Origin: an uncultured Polyangiales bacterium
GTDB lineage: Bacteria > Myxococcota_A > Polyangia > Polyangiales > GCA-016699535
NCBI GenBank assembly: GCA_964640175.1
Contig: CAZXFW010000003.1
Location: forward strand, 256,072 to 320,071
Direction: 5' to 3'
DNA length: 64,000 bases
Under the pieces are notes generated by a model, which had not been told where the DNA came from, made no database searches, and saw only the letters and a program-made list of their open reading frames with translations. Shown here in pieces: positions 1 through 6,813 of this stretch; position 1 is the stretch's first letter, and each line of letters begins with the position of its first letter. Both the position numbers and the translations under genes were made by a program.

Positions 1-29
1 GGCTTTGAATGCTGATGCCGCGCGCGTCT
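1..29. repeat. Direct repeat copy A: partial copy of the fabD 3' coding end, cut by the window edge
   Basis: ggctttgaatgctgatgccgcgcgcgtct is identical to 1853-1881; identity stops at 30 vs 1882. Confidence 0.9.
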
Positions 30-968
30 GACGTAGAAGCTCAAGGAGCTCATGCTCCTTTCGTAACGGGTGCTCATCCTGTGATGAATGACAGAGAGCC
101 CATCGCCCCATGTCGTTCGTGTCGAGGATCGTTATGTCGTTGTGCACACCTCAGGGGATAAGGCCTTGAACCTGGAAGACAGGGACTCTTCTATCGCGAG
201 AAGCGTGTTCAACTTGAAACGTTCAAACAATTTTTCAAGAGTGAGTTCGATCTTGTCAGGCGTGGTGAGATTGTAGGCATCAACGCAAACGAAGCATTGA
301 TCGTAGTCCGACATGGCCAAACGATCGAACCGGGCCTATTAGCACGCGTGACAGAAGGCCCTCCGGATCTTGACGTGGTTTCGTTGCAACGCCAGACCGA
401 TATGTGGCAGTTGGCAACGGGCTTACGGCCTTTCTTTGGTTTTGGAAATGACCTCGGCATAGGTGGCTTCTAGCGAACGGCGTTATCGGACTCAGCGGTT
501 TTGGATATCTTGAAGGTGGGACACGACTGTTGGTTTCTGGCCGCGGTGATCCAGGCTCGATGTTTGTTTCCCTGACAGGAGGCATCGCAGGCACTGGTGG
601 CTTTAGTGACACTGGGAATATTGGATTGCACCTAGGCACCCAACTTGAATGGCGTTTTTAAATCCGGTAGCGCCATTTCCGATGGGAGCCTACGCCTTCC
701 CTTGCACTCGTGCTAGGAAGGTGCTCATGTCAGATCAACTAGGCAAAACGATGGCCGCGTTAAAGCTGACGCAGTATTATTCCACGATAGCAAGCCATAG
801 CCTACCCACGCCACTAGGTAGCCGGCAGCAAGACAAAACAAAAGCATCGCCTACCCGTCGCCGCCCGGCACACGAGGCGCAAACCCCGCGAGTGCGACTC
901 GTGTAGTCTGTTGTAAATACTTGTAAAAATAGGATGCGACTTCAATCCTGATAGATCCTGGCGCTTGT

Positions 969-986
969 TATAACATATGTTATACT
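969..986 (+). promoter_or_regulatory. Probable operator/promoter of the TA operon
   Basis: Perfect 16-bp palindrome TATAACATATGTTATA (969-984) overlaps an extended -10 TGtTATACT (978-986). The -10 ends 6 nt before the ATG at 993 and there is no Shine-Dalgarno. Confidence 0.4.
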
Positions 987-992
987 CACCCT

Positions 993-1217
993 ATGGCCAA
1001 ACTAAAGGTGACAGCGATCGGAAACTCATCAGGGGTAATTTTGCCCAATGAACTACTCGCCAAGTTGCGAGTCGGAAGGGGGGATCATTTGTATCTTGTA
1101 GAGACCCCCTATGGAATCGAGCTCTCACCCTACGATCCAGAGTTTGAAGAACAACTGGATGCGGCCGAAAAAATCATGCGCCGTGATCGGACTGTGTTGA
1201 AAAACTTGTCCGAGTAG
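993..1217 (+). CDS. AbrB/MazE/SpoVT-fold antitoxin (Phd-like partner of Doc)
   Basis: 74 aa with an N-terminal looped-hinge type string KVTAIGNSSGVILPNELLAKLRV..GDHLYL. The stop lies 9 nt before the Doc gene. Confidence 0.8.
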   Translation: MAKLKVTAIGNSSGVILPNELLAKLRVGRGDHLYLVETPYGIELSPYDPEFEEQLDAAEKIMRRDRTVLKNLSE

Positions 1218-1226
1218 CAACGACAC

Positions 1227-1628
1227 ATGGCGAAATCTAAATGGATTTGGATTCGCGAAGACGTTGTGTATGCTATCCACAAACGACAGCTGGCTGAACA
1301 CGGCGGTTTAGATGGCGTGCGTGACCGCACTCTGCTCGAGTCGGCAATGGCGCGGCCAATAAATCTTGCGCTATGCGAGAGAGGCCGTGTGGACATTGCT
1401 GACCTATCGAGTGCATATGCCGCGGGTATCGCCAAGAATCATCCCTTTGTGGACGGCAATAACCGGACTGCACATGTGTTGTACCAATTGTTTCTAGAGC
1501 TTAACGGTTACTTCAACGAATGGACCAACCACCAAAAATATCAGGCCATGCTCCAATTAGCCGCCGGCGATATCAATGAAGCGCAATTTTCGAGCCTGCT
1601 ACAATCTACATTGAAACGACGAAACTAA
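1227..1628 (+). CDS. doc: Doc (death-on-curing) family toxin, Fic fold
   Basis: 133 aa with Fic motif HPFVDGNNRTA; paired with the upstream small antitoxin. Confidence 0.85.
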   Translation: MAKSKWIWIREDVVYAIHKRQLAEHGGLDGVRDRTLLESAMARPINLALCERGRVDIADLSSAYAAGIAKNHPFVDGNNRTAHVLYQLFLELNGYFNEWTNHQKYQAMLQLAAGDINEAQFSSLLQSTLKRRN

Positions 1629-1826
1629 GGTGTCGTAGTCTTAACTTGATCGGACAGTCACCCGGGTTATGGATGTCTGTTTGACGAGGTCTAAGCAGCC
1701 TCGTTGTTGATCATCCTATCGGTCTTTTCTTGGATACCGTCAAGGAAGGGTTGTATGGGTGTGCTTCCGTTACACATCTTTCCCTGATGTGTCCTTCGCA
1801 TTGAGCATCGGGCGCCTCACAGCATG

Positions 1827-2729
1827 TCAGGCAATCTTGGCAAAGTCGGCCTGGCTTTGAATGCTGATGCCGCGCGCGTCTTTGGAAATGCGCGATAAGA
1901 GACCCGTAAGCACACGCCCTGGGCCTATCTCGACAAACAACTCCACCCCATCCGAAAGCATGCGTTCGATGCTTTGCTGCCAACGCACCGAACGGCTCAC
2001 CTGCCGTATCAACGCATCGCGAGCCTCTTTACCAGTGCTTACCGGCACGGCATCCACATTGACATAGATGGGCATGCGGGGCTCCTTAAAGCTGAGCGCT
2101 TCGAGATCAGGACGCAGCTTTTCTTCGGCAGGCAGCATCATGGCGCAATGAAAAGGCGCGCTGACCGGAAGAGGGCGTACCTTAGCACCCAATCCATCAA
2201 GCGCCTTGCTTGCAACTGACACTGCTTCGACTTCGCCTGCAATCACGACTTGTCCAGGACTGTTGTAGTTCGCCGGCGATACAATGCCTGGCGTTTGCTC
2301 GCACACCCGTTCGATATCTGATGCGCTTGAACCAAGCACCGCGGCCATGGCACCTTGTCCCACCGGCACAGCGTGCTGCATGTACTGGCCACGCCGCCGC
2401 ACGGTGCGCACTGCGTCTTCGAACGTCAGCGTGCCCGAAGCCACGTTGGCGGAGTACTCACCCAGACTGTGGCCCGCCACCACATCGGGCATCTTCCCCA
2501 GCGCTTTCCATAACGCGATGGATACAGCGAGGATCGCAGGCTGTGTGTTGGCCGTAAGGTTGAGCGCAGTTTCTGGTCCTTGAAAACACTGCTCCGAGAG
2601 CTTTTCAGCCAGCGCATCATCCGCGGCTTCGAAAACCGCCCGAGCTTCGGCCGAGGCTTCGTACACCTCACGGCCCATCCCGACTTTTTGTGACCCCTGC
2701 CCCGGAAAAAGAAATGCTGTTTTTGGCAT
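1827..2729 (-). CDS. fabD: Malonyl CoA-ACP transacylase
   Basis: 300 aa with N-terminal FLFPGQGSQ, active-site GHSLGEYSA, and a conserved PVSAPFH string. Confidence 0.95.
   Translation of the reverse strand: MPKTAFLFPGQGSQKVGMGREVYEASAEARAVFEAADDALAEKLSEQCFQGPETALNLTANTQPAILAVSIALWKALGKMPDVVAGHSLGEYSANVASGTLTFEDAVRTVRRRGQYMQHAVPVGQGAMAAVLGSSASDIERVCEQTPGIVSPANYNSPGQVVIAGEVEAVSVASKALDGLGAKVRPLPVSAPFHCAMMLPAEEKLRPDLEALSFKEPRMPIYVNVDAVPVSTGKEARDALIRQVSRSVRWQQSIERMLSDGVELFVEIGPGRVLTGLLSRISKDARGISIQSQADFAKIA
1853..1881. repeat. Direct repeat copy B (inside the fabD 3' end)
   Basis: Identical to 1-29. Confidence 0.9.
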
Positions 2730-2730
2730 G

Positions 2731-3354
2731 TTAACCTTTGAAATTATGACGATTCTGTCTATTTAATACGAAAAACCCTGCCGGAATACGTAGTGGACCC
2801 AGTGCCAAGTCCGCCTCACCCAGCAGCAAAGAAGCATCGTCCTCATAAACTTGAACGACGTAATCACGCAACACCGCAGAGGGCAAAAGCCCATTGCGGC
2901 CCAAGCCGTAATCCAAGAGCAAAGCATTGGGATAGCGTGCATCACGCGCACCAGACACCACCGCGTGCACACGAAAAAAACCGTGGCGCTTGGGATGGTC
3001 TTCATCAGGCATCGCACGATGGGGTTCCTTTAACCCGTTTTGATGCACCACCACGTTGTAACCTTGAATGTAGGGCTCTGGTCCATGAGAGACCCGGGGC
3101 ACACCCTGATAAAATCCTTTTTTGAACTTCCCAAAACCAAACCAATGCGCTGCGGCTGCCGTGTTAATCCCAGCGTATTCCCAGCCCACAAGATCAGAAA
3201 ACTCAGGCGCCTTGCCTTGCATCATCAGCTGACAAAGTGTCGCCTTGTCCACACGCGTCGCTAACTCCAAAAAGCCATACCGCTCGGAAATACCCTGAAA
3301 AGAAGCTGTCATCCCAGAAGCATACCGAGTTTTCCAATTGAGGTGAATTGACAC
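2731..3354 (-). CDS. Hypothetical protein (207 aa; GTG start, alternative ATG at 3312)
   Basis: Long ORF tightly packed against fabD (1-nt gap). No motif recognised. Confidence 0.5.
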   Translation of the reverse strand: MSIHLNWKTRYASGMTASFQGISERYGFLELATRVDKATLCQLMMQGKAPEFSDLVGWEYAGINTAAAAHWFGFGKFKKGFYQGVPRVSHGPEPYIQGYNVVVHQNGLKEPHRAMPDEDHPKRHGFFRVHAVVSGARDARYPNALLLDYGLGRNGLLPSAVLRDYVVQVYEDDASLLLGEADLALGPLRIPAGFFVLNRQNRHNFKG

Positions 3355-3399
3355 GCCGTTGGAGATTGCCTACCCATAGGCATTCAGGATCACGACACC

Positions 3400-3663
3400 A
3401 TGATCGATATCAACATTCTCAAACAGCGTCTGAATGACGCTTTCCCAGATGCGCTCCACATTGAGGTCGAAGATCTCACAGGAACCCAGGATCACTATGC
3501 CGCGGTGATTGTCACCCCGTTATTTGAAAATCGGAGCCCTGTCGAACAGCATAAAATGGTCTACGAAGCGCTCGGCGAGCTCATGGATGGACCTGTCCAT
3601 GCCTTGAGCCTGCAAACGTATACACCCGGAAGCTGGGTTGCACGCGGTCAATCCATCATTTAA
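3400..3663 (+). CDS. BolA family protein
   Basis: 87 aa with a BolA-like pattern (DLTGTQDHYAAVIVTPLF...VEQHKMVYEAL). Sits next to the monothiol glutaredoxin, the classic pairing. Confidence 0.85.
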   Translation: MIDINILKQRLNDAFPDALHIEVEDLTGTQDHYAAVIVTPLFENRSPVEQHKMVYEALGELMDGPVHALSLQTYTPGSWVARGQSII

Positions 3664-3675
3664 GTAAGGAACTCT

Positions 3676-4002
3676 ATGGACAACACAGTACACCAACGCA
3701 TTCAAAGCATCATCGAACAACATCCCATCGTGCTGTTCATGAAGGGCAGTAAAACCTTTCCGCAATGTGGGTTTTCAGCCACGGTCGTAGAGGTGCTCAA
3801 GCGCCTCAATGCGGAGTTTGAGACCGTCAACGTCCTTGAAGATCCGGAAATTCGGCAAGGAATCAAGGAGTTCTCCAATTGGCCCACCATTCCACAACTT
3901 TACATTCAGGGTGAATTCGTGGGGGGCTGTGACATTGTACGAGACATGTACACGCGCGGAGAATTGGCGTCTTTGATCGAAAAAGCCCACACTCCGGCCT
4001 AG
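3676..4002 (+). CDS. grxD: Monothiol glutaredoxin (Grx4 family)
   Basis: 108 aa with CGFS active site (PQCGFS) and WPTIPQLYI motif. Confidence 0.9.
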   Translation: MDNTVHQRIQSIIEQHPIVLFMKGSKTFPQCGFSATVVEVLKRLNAEFETVNVLEDPEIRQGIKEFSNWPTIPQLYIQGEFVGGCDIVRDMYTRGELASLIEKAHTPA

Positions 4003-4102
4003 CCCGTACCGAGTGTATTGGGTTGCATAAACACGGCGGATGCGTTTTTGTAGCCGCACTACCCTAGCTCGGCCGTTTGGCTGAAAAACCCAAGGAGTGT
4101 TC

Positions 4103-5470
4103 ATGAGTGATCGTTGGAAAACCTTAAGTGTGACAAGTGGCATCATGGCAGGCACCTTGGCAGCCTTTGTTGCCGTGCTTGTTCTTTTGCCCTCAACGCA
4201 AGGATGTGAGGACGATCCCCGTAGCACACTGTGCTGCTCTGAATTCTCTGTAGGCGCAGACGTCAGCAATGTGAATTTTGAAGTAGATGCAGCCCTCTCG
4301 GGCCGTTATACGGCGTTCGCACAAGCGGCTTCCGACATTGGTGCAACTGCCGCTGCTTCCGTTGCCGATGTCACCAATGCGTGTCGCAACATTGCCATTG
4401 CCCTGGGCGCCGACCCCAACGACGCGTCCGTTGCTGGAAAAAACGACCGCGAGGCCGCCACCGCATGGTGTGCCCTTGCCAAAGCCAAGTTTCAAGCCAA
4501 TGCCGCGGTGCAAGCCGCCGGAACGCTGACGATCGCATATCAGCCGCCCGTCTGCAGCGCATCGCTCGACGCCAAAGCAGCCTGTGAAGGCGGCTGCAAG
4601 GTGGATGCAACCTGTACGGAGCCTTCCTTAGAAGTCCAGTGCGAAGAAGGCAAACTGTCGGGTCAGTGTTCTGGGCAATGCACGGGAAGCTGCGAAGGCA
4701 CCGTCAACGCCGCCGCGGCGTGCGAAGGTTCGTGCGAGGCCACCTGCAAAGGCACCTGTGAAGGGACCTGCACGGCCGACGTCAATGCCAGTGTCAACTG
4801 TCAAGGTGACTGTACCGGAAAATGTACGGGCACATGTGACGGTAACTCTGCCGACGGCATCGATTGCGCTGGCGATTGCGTCGGTCAATGCCAAGGCAGC
4901 TGCGCCATGGAAAGCGATGCCGACGTGCAATGCAATGGCAAATGCGAAGGCACCTGCACCGGCAAGTGCACCGGGCGCTGTGAACTGGAAGCCAATGCCG
5001 ACATTCAGTGCGATGGCTCATGTCAGGGAAGCTGTGATGTCGACTTCAAAGCACCGAAATGCAACGGCGAAATCAAGCCGCCTCAATGCGACGCATCGGC
5101 CGACTGTAAGGCTAGCTGCGATGCCAGCATTGAAGCCAAAGCCGAATGTTCACCGCCGGAGGTCACCATTACGGCAGAAACAGAAATCGATTCCAACCTG
5201 CAAGGCGAGTTTGACTTAGTGGTCACCACGCTCAAAGCCCATGTTCCTGCGCTGTTGGTCGTGGCAGAAGCACATGGCCAATCCTTTATCGATGCCATTG
5301 CTGAGCTAAACACCAACGGTGAAGCGTTCCTCGATGCTTCGGTCTCGAGCACGAAAGGTGCAGCCTGCGGTGTAGCCATTGTGTCAACCATATCTGCGGC
5401 GACAGAAAGCGCAGGCGTAGCCCTGGATGCCTCCTCCGATTTCCTCGCTGTTCTCAGCCTCAACCCCTAG
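4103..5470 (+). CDS. Secreted/lipoprotein-like cysteine-ladder repeat protein
   Basis: AAGGAG at 4092-4097 sits 5 nt before the ATG at 4103. Hydrophobic signal ends in QGC. About 34 Cys fall in residues 153-351 as runs of C-x-G-x-C-x-G-x-C. Confidence 0.75.
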   Translation: MSDRWKTLSVTSGIMAGTLAAFVAVLVLLPSTQGCEDDPRSTLCCSEFSVGADVSNVNFEVDAALSGRYTAFAQAASDIGATAAASVADVTNACRNIAIALGADPNDASVAGKNDREAATAWCALAKAKFQANAAVQAAGTLTIAYQPPVCSASLDAKAACEGGCKVDATCTEPSLEVQCEEGKLSGQCSGQCTGSCEGTVNAAAACEGSCEATCKGTCEGTCTADVNASVNCQGDCTGKCTGTCDGNSADGIDCAGDCVGQCQGSCAMESDADVQCNGKCEGTCTGKCTGRCELEANADIQCDGSCQGSCDVDFKAPKCNGEIKPPQCDASADCKASCDASIEAKAECSPPEVTITAETEIDSNLQGEFDLVVTTLKAHVPALLVVAEAHGQSFIDAIAELNTNGEAFLDASVSSTKGAACGVAIVSTISAATESAGVALDASSDFLAVLSLNP

Positions 5471-5497
5471 GGTTCTTTCCCCAAAGCCCCTTCGCTC

Positions 5498-5537
5498 AAA
5501 GGCCTCCAGTGGATTTCACTGGGGGCCTTTGTGTTTT
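5498..5537 (+). terminator. Rho-independent terminator after the Cys-ladder gene
   Basis: AAAGGCCUCCAGUG-GAUUU-CACUGGGGGCCUUU forms a 14-bp stem (one G-U pair) followed by GUGUUUU. Confidence 0.65.
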
Positions 5538-5546
5538 GCGTGTATG
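5501..5546. repeat. 46-bp direct repeat, left copy
   Basis: ggcctccagtggatttcactgggggcctttgtgttttgcgtgtatg matches 6768-6813 at 45/46 positions. Confidence 0.9.
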
Positions 5547-6767
5547 GTTATAGAAAAAATACCATGATGTTGTTTATTGCATTTTTTCAACATCATGATA
5601 TTTGTATCAAATGATGATTTTTAAAAGGCGTTTAGATCTCAAGGGTGCAGTACGCGACTCGAGCATCTTTTTGCTGGGGCCGCGCGGCACAGGGAAGAGT
5701 TTTTGGATACGCGAAACCTTTGGAAACAAGGTGCTCGTGATCAACTTGCTTAAGATCGCCGAGTTTCTCAGACTTTCTGAACATCCCTCGCTCCTTGAGG
5801 AGATGGCTCTGGAAGCCAAATCCAACCTCATCATTATCGACGAGGTTCAAAAACTGCCTGCGTTGCTGGATGAGGTCCATCGTCTGATTGAAGAGCGCGG
5901 CCTGCGTTTTTTATTGACAGGAAGTAGTGCGAGAAAGCTCAAGCGTGGCAAAGCCAACCTTCTTGCTGGCCGCGCAAGACTATTTTTTTTGCATCCTCTG
6001 AGCTCATCTGAGCTGCCCGAGTTCAAGCTCAGGCCATATTTAATGTGGGGCGGACTTCCAGAAGTCTGGAAAGTCGAAGACCGAAAGCTCTACCTGAACA
6101 GCTACATCGACACCTATCTCAAAGAAGAAATCATGGCAGAGCAGGCGGCGCGCAGCCTGCCCCACTTCTCACGCTTTTTGAAAACCGCAGCCCTATGCTC
6201 TGGGCAAATCCTCAACTTTTCCAAGGTTGCCAGTGATGCACAGCTTCCAGCAGCCACCGTGAAGAACTATTTTGAAGCTTTGCAGGATACACTCGTGGGG
6301 GATCTGCTTGAGCCTTGGATCGAGAGTCGAAAACGTAAAGCGATTCAAACTGGCAAATTTTTTTTCTTCGACGTGGGTGTGAGAAACCGTTTGCTCGACT
6401 GGAACGAATTGGGCGAAGGCTCCGAACTGTTTGGAAGCGCCTTCGAGCATTTCATGTTTATGGAGTTAAAAGCTTATCGAAGCTATAGCAAGCTACGCGA
6501 GTCCGTGCACTTCTGGCGCTCGGTCAATCACCACGAAGTGGATTTCATACTCGGAGAGCTCGCGCTCGAGGTAAAGTCCAAGAAAAAAGTAAGCGCTCGA
6601 GACGCTAAAGGCCTAAGGGCTTTGCGTGAGGAAGGAGCACACAAAAAGTTCGTGGTGGTCTCCCAAGATCCTATCAACCGCTCAGAAGACGGTATTCACT
6701 ACCTTCACTGGCGCGAGTTTCTGAGCCAATTGTGGTCTCAGCAATTGCTGCGCGCATAGCATGACAG
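5547..6767. mobile_element. 1.22-kb single-gene insertion (DUF4143 AAA+ ATPase) bounded by the 46-bp direct repeats
   Basis: AT-rich left end with the inverted repeat catgatgttg/caacatcatg (5563-5572 / 5588-5597). Only one ORF inside. Confidence 0.55.
5611..6759 (+). CDS. AAA+ ATPase with C-terminal DUF4143-type (PD-(D/E)xK-like) domain
   Basis: Walker A GPRGTGKS and Walker B IIIDEVQ, with a C-terminal EVDFIL..LEVKS string. The ORF opens at TTG 5602; ATG 5611 is more likely. Confidence 0.8.
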   Translation: MMIFKRRLDLKGAVRDSSIFLLGPRGTGKSFWIRETFGNKVLVINLLKIAEFLRLSEHPSLLEEMALEAKSNLIIIDEVQKLPALLDEVHRLIEERGLRFLLTGSSARKLKRGKANLLAGRARLFFLHPLSSSELPEFKLRPYLMWGGLPEVWKVEDRKLYLNSYIDTYLKEEIMAEQAARSLPHFSRFLKTAALCSGQILNFSKVASDAQLPAATVKNYFEALQDTLVGDLLEPWIESRKRKAIQTGKFFFFDVGVRNRLLDWNELGEGSELFGSAFEHFMFMELKAYRSYSKLRESVHFWRSVNHHEVDFILGELALEVKSKKKVSARDAKGLRALREEGAHKKFVVVSQDPINRSEDGIHYLHWREFLSQLWSQQLLRA

Positions 6768-6813
6768 GGCCTGCAGTGGATTTCACTGGGGGCCTTTGTG
6801 TTTTGCGTGTATG
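6768..6813. repeat. 46-bp direct repeat, right copy
   Basis: One mismatch to 5501-5546 (ctgcag vs ctccag). Contains the hairpin, the T-tract and the annotated receptor start. Confidence 0.9.

Larger units (their letters stand above)
30..1852. mobile_element. Putative decayed integrative islet between the two fabD 3'-end copies (carries the antitoxin/Doc pair)
   Basis: Bracketed by the 29-nt repeat. 30-990 has only short broken ORFs and no intact recombinase is seen. Confidence 0.4.

Noticed and set aside
60-320. Possible tyrosine-recombinase C-terminal remnant on the minus strand (..KALSPEVCTTT stop/frameshift ..DMGRWALCHSSQDEHPLRKEH)
   Set aside because: It resembles the H-x-L-R-H ... LGHSS ... 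Y-x-H pattern only loosely. The spacing between the two boxes is about 20 residues rather than the usual ~25, and the catalytic residues are all substituted. That is too weak to annotate, so it is only mentioned under the fabD-repeat finding.
649-906. 85-aa plus-strand ORF in the islet
   Set aside because: It has no RBS and no motif. It sits in a region full of broken frames, so it is probably non-coding debris.
3775-4269. 164-aa minus-strand ORF across grxD and the start of the Cys-ladder gene
   Set aside because: It is antisense to two supported genes and their RBS. There is no independent evidence for it.
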